Below are positions 12,040-22,731 of a DNA stretch of 64,000 bases, one piece after another (the first letter of the stretch is position 1; every line of letters starts with the position of its first letter). A model generated the notes under the pieces. It was not told the origin of the DNA and ran no database searches. It worked only from the letters and a program-made list of their open reading frames with translations. The DNA lies in assembly GCA_004764695.1 (NCBI GenBank), contig SMSO01000032.1, positions 5,054,483 to 5,118,482 of the forward strand. The letters are read 5' to 3'. The DNA comes from Schizochytrium sp. TIO01 (lineage: Eukaryota; Protista; Bigyra: Labyrinthulomycetes). Both the position numbers and the translations under genes were made by a program.

Positions 12040-15000
12040 TCAGAGTCGTCTTCGTCGCAAAATATTGTGTTTGAAATGGAAAAATAAACACGTTAGTGTT
12101 GTTGAAAATAGATCGAAAAGGTTTTGTTTTATGAACGGGTATACGTCTCGTTCTGAATCTTCATTACATTCTACTTGAAAGTTCTTGAAGAGGGTATATT
12201 TTGTTGGATTGTTAAGGTTGATGCTGGCAGTAGGATTCGCGCAGTCATCATAGCTCATTTGTCTCAATGCGGTGATCCACGATGTGTAAGAACTAAAACC
12301 GAAAAGGTTCTTGAGTTTGATCACAGTAATTGGTTGCACAAACTCAGTGCAATGAGCGCGGTTGATGCTTGTACGTGCTCTGGAACTGCGAAGTCTCACC
12401 AATTGGTGTTAGGTAGTAACCAATGAAATTAGGTTGACTTGCGAAGTTCTCGGTCAACTTTTCATTGAACTCCGCAAGAACTTCATTTGTGTGGAACATG
12501 TGGAAATATGCCACGTCCAAAATAAACCAGATGTTTTGTTCGACGAGTTTCTTGAACATGTTCTTCTTCAAAGTATAATTTATATCTTCTACAAGTAACT
12601 CGATATTACTATTCTGGGGTAGATGAAACGAAAGACACACGACGAAGGACAGATTGGAAAAATTAAGATCATCATCATCAATACGGCCTCGATTATCGGT
12701 GCGAACGACACTAAATACTGATATACCTTCAAAAACCGTGTTTGGGGATACTGTACTGCAAACAATTGGGGTATTATTATGGTCGAAAAGATGTTTTGTG
12801 TCATTACGACTCACGGCAATAGTGTAAGAAGAAGGATCGCTCTTTGCAAAATCGCTGAACTTACGAATTTCGTAGATCCCGTAGTCAAGTATGTCGTTGA
12901 TGATGACAAATCGATGACGCTCTGTAAGCAACCTCGCCCTATCATTATCGAAAGGCGTGAAATCCCTTCTGAGTTTGTCAAAATCAGAGTAAGCGTAGTT
13001 TCTATCCACCGACTTGGAGATAACGAAAGCGCACAATCGAATGTACAGTGTGTCAACTAGGTCATGGTATGTGCCAAAGTTTGGAATGCAAGTTAAAACC
13101 ATACTGCTCATCAATTTGCAACTTTCGTTCAATGTTGCAATAAGAATCGGGGACATCTGGACACGAATCTCCCCCGAGTTTGACCTACTCCCCGTCTTGA
13201 TGATGCTGAAAATGGATGATGCTGAAAATGCCGGAATGCTCGGCTGCTTCAATCGTTAGGTCAAAATGAAAATCCTGATTATTTGTAGAACCAAGTGCTG
13301 AATTGAAATTCCAATTTTTGTAAAGAGGCATTTCAGTGATCGCCAAGATCAAAAGAACCTTCAGTGCCCTGATCGAGTAATCTCTAATGATAGTACCACG
13401 TTCACGTCCCGTAAGTGGTGCATCTGAAAAATCAATGGACTGTGCTATTTGTGATTCCCACGTGGCGAGAGAAAAGATACTCGAAAGATACTGAATCATG
13501 TCGTCCCTCATGTGGAAGGTATCGATAAGTAGATCGGGTGGATTGCCCAAACTTTTTAGTGCATCCTTTGACGTTTCATCATGGGGGTTCTCACGCAGAG
13601 TATCATTGTAAAGATTGATATCACGCATCTTGCAACAGAAGTCAAGAAGCTTTCTGCCGTACGACCGAGTAAAAATATGTCTCAGAGCAATCGTGTAAAA
13701 CCGTGGATGGCCACCTAATTCTGACATAAGCCCTACAAAATATTCATTGTCGAAAATACACGGCCATGCTTCCACTCTTTCATCGCCGATAGATGTATTA
13801 TCAGGGTTTGAATATCGAATAGCCTGAAACAGAACCTTCTTTACAAACTGAATTTCCAAGTCTCGAAGTGCATCTTTATAACCAATAAGACTTCCTAAGG
13901 TATAGACCTTTGTGCCAGTTAGACTACTTACAGTAGTCACACGACCGTGATCAGCTTCACTTGCCTCGATATAACTGGTCATGCCCGTGATAATGGGGTA
14001 GACGCGCATGGCATCGTCCCTCTGAAGTAAAAGTATATCAGTACATGCCTGAGTAAGCATCTTTGAGCCCAACATATCTTCTCTGTACTCGTCTAATTGA
14101 AGAAACAAGAGATCTATTTCGAGTTTTCTTTTCAGCATCGCGAGGAAATCGATTAGTTTGAAGTCGTATGCGTGCTGCATAAGAGACTGTGCTTCTTGGC
14201 CATCAAGACCTTTACGATTCGTCGCGGCATAAAGCAGAACAGCGATAATATACGCTATTCTATTCTCTTTGTTGTCACAATCATTACTTGTATCGGTGAA
14301 AAACAGTGCAGAACGTAATTGGACAACTGAGCCCATGCGTAGACAAAAATAAGACGCATTCTTAGAATACGTTCTACGCGTTTTATGGCACATAGTCCTC
14401 GCTATTTCAAATCCTAGACGCGTCTTACCACATCCACTTGGGCCCTTGATGATCGGAATCGCCAAGTGCTGTGGATTGATGTTACCTTGGAATATCGTAG
14501 ATAAACGATCTTCGGTGCTTTCGAAGAATTCATGAGTCATCTCCGTTTCCACATAATCAAATGTGTAATTGATTTTAATGGCTTGGTCCTCTATCGTATC
14601 GATGTATTCAACCATGTTCTCCAACTCGTATAAAGTTGTATGCGTGTTGAGTGCAGGTTCAATGAAGCACTTCATAAGGACATCAGTAGTTTCATGAATC
14701 AATTCTGTTACAGTACTTGTGTTCATTTCATTAAATGCCCCACCGCGTTCCACCTCTTGATTTGGCGTCATAATGGTACCAACTAATGCTTCGATTCCTA
14801 GATCAGGGTTTCCTTCGGCTGCTGCGAATATGAATTCACATAGACCACGGATTGCTTTAGCTAGACTATGAGGAGATGCACTTGCAGCCCAGATAGTTAT
14901 CTGTTGCGTATTGTACGTCCCTTCAATAATACGAAATCGATTCGTATCGGGATCGTGTCGAAAGCCTTCAGATATAGCACTCTTTATAAAGTCCAATGCT

Positions 15001-15113
15001 GTTTTGGCGTTGCTAATGGTATGTGTGTCGACGTATTGGAGACAGGTGTCTAAAATGTCAGTTCTCTGTGCATCAGTATATGGTCTTTGTGTGGCGCGAG
15101 ACGCCTTAGACAT
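12040..15113 (-). pseudogene. Frameshifted P-loop NTPase gene, Crinkler (CR-NTPase)/STAND-like
   Basis: Walker A IIKGPSGCGKTR (about 14421-14444), Walker B LFLQLDEY (about 14085-14108) and a GGHPR motif. ORFs 13185-15113 and 12344-13252 fuse in frame when one copy of the 16-bp tandem duplication at 13199-13230 is removed. ORF 12040-12402 may be a further frameshifted C-terminal piece. Confidence 0.7.
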
Positions 15114-17179
15114 GATTGCAGCGCAAACAAAGCCATTCTGTGTTTGCTTCGTTCACAAGCTTACCTAATCAAGGAATGTTCTTGGCGAAGAATAAGGTAT
15201 TGAGGCAAGTAGGTATGAATCGTCTAGCTAGGACACCGGCACTGATCAAATAGATCCCTCCCTCGCGGGGCTAGTCAGCTAGCCGCCTAGCTAGGTATTA
15301 AGCAAACGATCGGAGCGCCCTGGTAACACGGGAGAAAATAGAGTGGTACTGAGAGTTGATTAATCTATGTTCTACTAGAGCATGCACCTCCATGGCGTTG
15401 TTCACTCTCGCTTACTCTGTCTTCTTCCCATTTTCGTTTTAGTCGCTCGATATTCTATGCATCAATCTAAAACTTCCAACTTCCTTTGTTCTACTTATTT
15501 GTATATCCTAACTTTAATACAATCAAGCCTAATGATCAACCCCCCCCCCCCCCCCCCCAATGATTTGGAATTTCTATTTGCTGCAACGACTTGTCGCTTG
15601 AATACAAGAGCCTTTCATGATGCAGTCGTCGGGCTAGGTTTAGGCGATACGAGATCATTCGAATAACACTTATTTTAAAGTGGTTTTTAAAATGCAGAAA
15701 AATGAGTCAATAAAATTCTTGATACCAGTGGGGCCAGATGTAATGAGAGATTGTATTACTTGGTTTCATATCAGCATAAACTTGGGTTTATGAAGATCTG
15801 TGTCGAGTAGCATCGCGATTGATTCTTTGGTATTAAGCATAATTTGCCGCACAAAATGCAATTCAAATTTATCTTGGTTACTATGGACAAATAGTGTTCA
15901 GCAGATTTATTTCAAAATAGTTAACATCGAATTCTCCAAGGTACTCACCGTCGTCATAAATTCAGTGTATCATTATGCCAGGTTCGAGCTCAATAGGTAC
16001 TTTTTAGAGATTGAGTATGTATATAATTGATTCGATTGTACCTCAAACAAGAAAATTGCTTAGCTATAGTTGAATAGCTTCTTTTACGTAGATCAAACTC
16101 AAGAAGATGCAATAGCTTACTGAACTTTTCGTAGCAGAGAATCTGCGGATTTAATTGTACTCCTCTGTTCTACAATAGTACAGGCAATTGTATAAAAAAG
16201 ATGATAAGGATTAGTTCATAAAAACTTTCATGAGCAAGGCCACTTCATTACAATCATAATCAGTAAGTACGTGCTGTAGATACATGATCATGTCGTCGTC
16301 TCTGAATTCGTTTTGAGTTTCCTTTTACTTTCCTCGGTGCCTCACAAATCTCCATGGCGATCGTTTCTTAAGTGAAATAGTCCTCTAGCAGTATCCAAGC
16401 TAGTTATTTTTATTCAGGTGAATTATAGCTTCTATTATCAATCAAATACAATTTCTCTTCTGATATTACATTTGGAATCTGCTTGGGAGAATGGTCGCAT
16501 AAATACTAATGTTTGTGCTCCTCGCGCACTCAACAGTGGCCCTTGTCGATTCTAAATAAAAATCCCTAAACAAAAATTTACACGCTCGCTCATTCCTTGA
16601 ACAATGCCTCAGAGGAGATCATGAAGAATCTCGAGCTCTACTATGAGCCTATGACTTTTTTTGCAGATGGGAGGATAGGACTACAATAAGGGTAAGTAAG
16701 GCTAGTCTATCTAGCTATGGGATACAAGAGAGCGCGTGGACTTTAATTTAAGACGTGTACGAAAAGAGGATGAGGGAATAAAATACGAGGATTATTAATC
16801 AAGAGTTTGAGCCACAATGAGTGATTGAAAAACGACGCCCAATGCGGATTCCGCGGCAGGATCTTTAGGGCTTTGACGACGGCCCACGGCGCTTCGAGGT
16901 GAAAGACTGGTGACAGCTGCGGCGACTGTGCAGTACAAACTGATAGTCGAGGCCGTGGATATCGAGCTGTGCGACTGGTGCACGAATGGGAAAGAACTGG
17001 AGATCCCCAAAGTAGTGATAAACGTTTTTTGACTGACCCTGTGCCTCCGTTTGTGCTGCTAGGTTGATTGCTGGGGGCGAACGCGTGCGGAAGGAATAGC
17101 ACATGAAAGGTGTCGCTGCGAGATCATAAAGTAAAATATACACTCTAGTACTGCAACGAAACAAGCTCTGGAGTTAAGA

Positions 17180-19807
17180 ATGGAAACTCCGCTTCTGGGA
17201 GGGCCCGAGGGCAATGTCGTGAACGAGATCGACCGGCAAAGAATGCGAGTGATTAATGGCTCAGCAAAATTCGAACGCTACCTTCTCAAGGTCAAAACTC
17301 AAAAATGGTTCATAATTTCTTTTTGGACAATCCTTACTGCTCTTGGGTTTGTTTATGCTTCAACATTTACAAAACTTGGTACTGATCATTTACAGCCACC
17401 AGCATCATCGAAAGCAGCTCAGGCCGTGGCTGAGTTTCAGCAAAGATTTGAACTTCAAGCTCAGCAAGTCCCTCTTATTGTGCTTGTGGAATGTAGACCT
17501 CAATCCAACTGCACTGACGTTCGCCAGCCTGAACTGAAAGAGTTTCACCAAGCGCTGGTGGATCGCGCCGAAGAATACAATGAAACACATTACAATGTGA
17601 TTGACATTATGGGTTACTATGGCTTTGAGGGAACACTTCTGGATAATTTAAAGTCAGGATTTGTATCAAATTCTGGGGATGTAATGTTTATCACCGTGAT
17701 GGTCCGCACGTCAAATGAGACTTCTGCGCGACGTCATTTTGTCAATTATCTTGATGAGGTTGTTGACATGCTTAACCCAGATCCTGGTCAATATGACATC
17801 GGCCTGACAGGGTTTGATGCTCTCAATAATGAGAATACCGGAGCTTCATCCAAGCAAATCGCGCGTGTCGACATGGTTACCATTCCTCTTGCAATTCTAG
17901 TGCTTTGGTATATGGTAGGCTCCTGGCGACTTTTACTCCTTGCTACCATCACCATGGTGATAAGTATTCTTTCAGGTATGGTTACCATTGTATTCTTCAT
18001 TGAGGGTCTTGGTGCACCACAACCCGAGCCTACAACTACTCAACTAGTCCAAGTAATCTCGTTGGCCCTAAGCGTGGACTATAATCTTTTCCTCCTCGGG
18101 CGATTCCAAACTGAAGTCAAACAGGGTGTATCTCCTCCACTAGCCATATATATTGCCATGCACAGAGCTGGTCATGTGGTTCTGATGTCCGGCGTTACCA
18201 TTTTTCTCGTTATGCTAGGCTTTGTGATTATACCAACACCTACAATTCGCATGGATGGCGTTATTCTTTCCACGGGTATTGCTTGTTGTATCGCAGTTAA
18301 CCTTTCGTTAGTGCCAGCTGCTTTGTACGCTTGGCCAGGTTTCTTTGCACAGAATGGGGCACACTGTCGTACAGGTGCGCCAGTATACCAGCAAGCTGAT
18401 GAACTGTCTGAAATCTCAATGGGCTATGCCCCCCTTGAATCCTCCTCACAAGTCCACACTCTGGAAGGCGTGCATCCCATGTATCGCGGATTTCGATTCA
18501 AACTCACGAAATTAATTGTACGTTGGCCGTACAACCTTATTGTGATCATTGGTCTATATGCCTTGGTTGTGCCTCTTGCAATTCAGGTAGCACGCATTGA
18601 CATGAACCAAAATATTTTACATCTCCTCCCCAGAGGCTCGCAGTCTGGTGCTCGCCTGTCGCGCATGTTTGATGACTTTCCTGGAGGCACTTTTGCTCCA
18701 TATTATATTTTAATGACTGTTCCCAAAGGCGAAAGTGTCGTCCGTGAAGATACATTCTCTCTAGCTCAACATATCAGTCAGCGCATTGTGGATGAAACAT
18801 CTTGCACCTCTTCAGGTGTTATGTCTCCTGCTTCTGTGGGCGGGCTTCACATCGGGCCCCTTGAAGCTACGGGATTTCTCACCCTTGCTCATTCGCCTTT
18901 TTGTCATTTAGGATTCGTCCGTGAACACATGGCCTGGGCATGTCGACGCGCTGTGGAGTACTCTTATCTATGGTCGAAGGCGGTCAACCCGTCACAAGAT
19001 GCGCTTCTTATCGACATTACAGTTCCTTTTTTCCCTTTCGACGCCCACAGCAGAAGCTTCATCAGCCATATTAATAAGATGCTAGAAGAGGAGGTGTTTC
19101 GTATTGCTCCAACTAAAGTTGAGCTGTCTCTGAACGGATTCGAAGTACTTCCCAATGCGATTGAAAGCGAGGTTTTGAGTATCTACCCGTTGCTCGTGAC
19201 GCTGACTTTGCTTGCTGTTTTTATCACATTAGGTGTGATGCTTCACAGCTATTTTGTTCCAGTGCGTCTACTACTCACACTGTTTCTTCCTCTTGCGTCC
19301 GTATTTGGATTTGCGGTACTTGTTTACCAGGATGGAATTCTGAAATGGACGGGTATTGCCTCACTTTCTCCTGCGAATGGCTTCTTATGGTCAATTCCCA
19401 TAATGATTGTGACCATGATATCGGGACTTGCTTTAGACTATGATGTGTTGCTTATTAGTGCGATTGTAGAACATCGTGCCGGTGGCTATGATATTCAGGC
19501 TGCTATTGTCAAAGCCGTCTGCGAAACAGGCTCGACCATTACTGCTGCTGGTATTATCATGTTTTGTGCTTTTGGAGGTCTCTTGCTCAGTACACAAAAT
19601 GTGATTAACCAAGCTGGGTTTCTTCTCTCTACGAGCATTTTGGTCGATACCTTTGTTGTGAACACGCTGCTTGTTCCAGCCTTGATTTCTATGGGTGATA
19701 AGTTTGCGTGGCAGCCAATGGAGATGCCTTATGATCGTCTCGTCTCACTTCGAGCTAATGAATTTCCTCAAGATGAAACCCCAGAGAACTACAATGACGC
19801 TTATTAA
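17180..19807 (+). CDS. MMPL/RND-superfamily membrane transporter
   Basis: 875 aa with two repeats of (TM, soluble loop, 5 TM). Each half has the MMPL DY motif: LALSVDYNLFLLGRFQTE and GLALDYDVLLISAIVE. Also AGHVVLMSG/TGSTITAAG and LSLVPAAL/TLLVPALI. Confidence 0.9.
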   Translation: METPLLGGPEGNVVNEIDRQRMRVINGSAKFERYLLKVKTQKWFIISFWTILTALGFVYASTFTKLGTDHLQPPASSKAAQAVAEFQQRFELQAQQVPLIVLVECRPQSNCTDVRQPELKEFHQALVDRAEEYNETHYNVIDIMGYYGFEGTLLDNLKSGFVSNSGDVMFITVMVRTSNETSARRHFVNYLDEVVDMLNPDPGQYDIGLTGFDALNNENTGASSKQIARVDMVTIPLAILVLWYMVGSWRLLLLATITMVISILSGMVTIVFFIEGLGAPQPEPTTTQLVQVISLALSVDYNLFLLGRFQTEVKQGVSPPLAIYIAMHRAGHVVLMSGVTIFLVMLGFVIIPTPTIRMDGVILSTGIACCIAVNLSLVPAALYAWPGFFAQNGAHCRTGAPVYQQADELSEISMGYAPLESSSQVHTLEGVHPMYRGFRFKLTKLIVRWPYNLIVIIGLYALVVPLAIQVARIDMNQNILHLLPRGSQSGARLSRMFDDFPGGTFAPYYILMTVPKGESVVREDTFSLAQHISQRIVDETSCTSSGVMSPASVGGLHIGPLEATGFLTLAHSPFCHLGFVREHMAWACRRAVEYSYLWSKAVNPSQDALLIDITVPFFPFDAHSRSFISHINKMLEEEVFRIAPTKVELSLNGFEVLPNAIESEVLSIYPLLVTLTLLAVFITLGVMLHSYFVPVRLLLTLFLPLASVFGFAVLVYQDGILKWTGIASLSPANGFLWSIPIMIVTMISGLALDYDVLLISAIVEHRAGGYDIQAAIVKAVCETGSTITAAGIIMFCAFGGLLLSTQNVINQAGFLLSTSILVDTFVVNTLLVPALISMGDKFAWQPMEMPYDRLVSLRANEFPQDETPENYNDAY

Positions 19808-20370
19808 CGACTCCTGTTTTGTTTTAGAAATGCCTCTTAACCTCGCATTCCCAACTATCTCTTTAAATAGATATCTTCAAACAAGAGGATGGTTTTTGCT
19901 GACATCTAATGAGGGTGTTCCACTATCTTTTAGAAGAAGTGAAGGTGTATATTTTAGAATGAGAATTGAATTACAGGTAGAAGTGCCATGGTAAATTTGA
20001 ACAAATTTCAAAAGAATTCGAATTAAAATAACGAGACAGCAACGATCTCCACCTTGTTTTCTGCACCAATCGATACTGTAACTACCATATCACTATACCT
20101 TGCAAGACGCTTTTGGAGTGGGTAACGTAGCTTCCCTTACATATTGGGAATCTAGCATCCTGGGGCAACTATGTCGCATAATAATCGCCATTGAAGCAAC
20201 GTAGAAACAAGAGACGAAGCAATCACAGCTATTCTCTCCAATTACAAGCGTGGCAGTGGAATATTTATTTTAAAAAAAAGCGACACTTTGAAAAATTAAG
20301 ATAGCATGCCAACATGTTTATCTGATTAGCTACGTTTTATGGCTAAACCTCGGCGACTTTAGAGAGCGAA

Positions 20371-21852
20371 TTACTCTGCTTCCTTCTCCAGAAACTCGCG
20401 AACGCAGTCGTGCTCATACTGCGTCTTGCAAGCTACTACGAGTTGGTCCATGTCCCACAAATTAAGCTCAGGCTCGCGTGCCGCACGTGCCAGCACGGTA
20501 GCAAGTGCCCGTGCAGACTCGCGAACAGCCTCGGGATCACCGCGAGGAAGATTACCAAGAAGTGGCAAGACCAACGTGTGGATGTGTCTCTCGTTCCTGG
20601 CACGATCAAGTGCCGCGAGGTAGCGGTCCTCCAGAGTCTCGCGAGATTCACCTCCCCTCGAGCTGACGATGTGGATGATATACTTGCTTGGCAGTTCGAA
20701 GGCAGGCGTGGTGATGACCGTCCCGGTCTCGAGCATGGAGATCCTTCGCTGCGCCATGAAAGTCTCGCACGAAACCGCTAGGCGCAGGCCTGCCTGGAGG
20801 AAGGCTTGCTCCCATACTCCACCCGGGAATGAATTCACGAGGCTTGGGGGGCACGAACGCACAACGCAGTCAGCAGCCATGTTAGTTGGCACGCCCTGCC
20901 AGACGCAGATGCGGCTGCAGAGATCCCCAAAAAGGCGCCAGAGGGGCTCATGCTGCAGCATATGATCTATATCCGAAGCCGCCTGAGTTCTGACCTCGTT
21001 CATGCGCATGCGCTGGTCCATCTCGTCCCTCAAGCTGTTCAGGCTCTCCAGCGACTCGTGATTAAAGGTGTTTGCTGGACTTTGCACAGACCTCGATCTT
21101 CTACGGCCTGAGGGTATGTCCTCTGGAGCCTCATCTGAATTACTATCGGAGCCATTTTCATCAGAATCTCCGCGCGAAGAGTCCTCATCCAAGTCGCTTT
21201 CTCCATGAGAGGATCGACTGCTTCGACGCGACGACTCCGCTGTGATGCGAACACAATCTTCGAGCTCTTCTGGAGAAGGAGGAGGATCCTGAAGAGGAGC
21301 CTCATCGAGCCACTCAACAGTGTTCTCAAAGGTCGCTTGAATCTGCCAAATGCGGCCATCTGGCAAGATCTGACCGGCCTTGGCGAGGCCTGATGCAGGG
21401 CACCGGTACGTCACATAGCCAAACTTGCTCTTCTCGTGACCAGGAGCCAAGAAACCGTGCGTCAATGCAGCTACCCGAAGGACTCCTGCAGACTGCGTCG
21501 AGAACGAAGTCATCGTCTTCGAATTTTCAGGAGATTGCACCTGCGAGGTTTGCGAGGCTGAAGAGGAGTCCGAGGAGGAGTCCGAGGAGGAGTCCGAAGA
21601 GGAGTCCGAAGAGGAGTCCGAAGAGGAGTCCGAAGAGGAGTCTGACGACTCCGAAGAGAATGAGGAGTGCGACAACGGTGACGAAGAAAGCGAAGGTGAA
21701 GACATCGAAGCAGGTTCTTCAGAAGACCTCAGGAACAGCGAGTTCGAAGTCTTATACGAAGACGGAGATGAGGACGCAGCGAGAGAGTGAGCAGTGGAAG
21801 AAAATTCACAGAGGGTCGAGCCAGTGGTCATGGAGGAGCAGCAGGAGGCCAT
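20371..21852 (-). CDS. Macrodomain-containing protein with Ser/acidic low-complexity N-terminus (start uncertain)
   Basis: C-terminal macro fold: RICVWQG..T.MAADCVV, GGV...F..AG, GTVITTPAFELPSKYIIHIV, LEDRYLAALD, IHTLVLPLLG. Confidence 0.75.
   Translation of the reverse strand: MASCCSSMTTGSTLCEFSSTAHSLAASSSPSSYKTSNSLFLRSSEEPASMSSPSLSSSPLSHSSFSSESSDSSSDSSSDSSSDSSSDSSSDSSSDSSSASQTSQVQSPENSKTMTSFSTQSAGVLRVAALTHGFLAPGHEKSKFGYVTYRCPASGLAKAGQILPDGRIWQIQATFENTVEWLDEAPLQDPPPSPEELEDCVRITAESSRRSSRSSHGESDLDEDSSRGDSDENGSDSNSDEAPEDIPSGRRRSRSVQSPANTFNHESLESLNSLRDEMDQRMRMNEVRTQAASDIDHMLQHEPLWRLFGDLCSRICVWQGVPTNMAADCVVRSCPPSLVNSFPGGVWEQAFLQAGLRLAVSCETFMAQRRISMLETGTVITTPAFELPSKYIIHIVSSRGGESRETLEDRYLAALDRARNERHIHTLVLPLLGNLPRGDPEAVRESARALATVLARAAREPELNLWDMDQLVVACKTQYEHDCVREFLEKEAE
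21560..21643. repeat. 12-bp coding minisatellite (GARGAGGAGTCC) x7
   Basis: Seven tandem units that encode DSSS repeats on the minus strand. Confidence 0.9.
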
Positions 21853-22548
21853 GGGCGCAGGCCGTCAGCCTGGCCGCCTCGCGTGGTGCCGACGGGAAGG
21901 CACCGTGGCGAGAAGCGTCGTCGGGAGCTGAGGGGCGTCAGCGTAGGTACGAGCGGCTGCGCGGTGATTGTGGCGGAGGCTAAGAGCCTGAAGAGTTCCA
22001 CAGGTGCAGGTGCAAGAGCAACTGCCTTGCTTGCGGGCAGCGAGGGCGACTGGAGACGCAAGCGCGATCGGGCTTTGCCCTTCGGACACTCAGTCTCCCT
22101 TTTACTATTCGCAGTTCATTCCATTTCATTTCCATTTCTTTTCACATTTGAGGAAATTAATTAATCAATTAATTAATTACACTAATCAGAAAGTAAACTC
22201 TGAGTCAGTTCAGTTTCATTTTGATTTTGTATTAACTAAAATTAATAAGCGCATGAACAGTAGGGTCAAAAAACGTAAAAGTTCGATAACTTATATTTCG
22301 ATGTGATTGTTTCATATTAACCATATATTATGTTTAGTTAGATTATTAATAAGAAGTAGAGGTTAGATAAGAAAATGGGGAGGCCGAGGAACCGACAAGC
22401 TCCAAACACTGCAAGTGGAGCAAACCTCGAATACAAACCAGCAAAGTTCTTTCACCATCTCATTGGAAACACGCTAGTCGCTTACTTGATGCTTCAGGTG
22501 CTGACGCGTGATTTGCGGGGGAGTATTGAAGTAATATACAGCTACTGT

Positions 22549-22573
22549 CTAACCTAACCTAACCTAACCTAAC
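22549..22573. repeat. (CTAAC)5, equivalent to (TTAGG)n on the minus strand
   Basis: Five perfect pentamers just upstream of the IS607-like element. Confidence 0.9.
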
Positions 22574-22731
22574 CAAGCCCTCATGTCCGACACATCCTGT
22601 GTATCGGACTGACATCATACATTCATTCCTGCCTGTATCCAGACCTGAAACCCCAATAACTCATATATCATCCTCTTTCTCTTTCTCCTGAGTTCGTCAT
22701 CCTTGTCAGACTACCTCTCCACGCTTCACAG

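Noticed and set aside
21393-21983. Plus-strand SPKR/SPRR-repeat ORF resembling a histone H1/protamine, and an alternative poly-EEES frame
   Set aside because: Antisense shadow of the 12-bp DSSS repeat in the macrodomain gene, with no proper ATG start.
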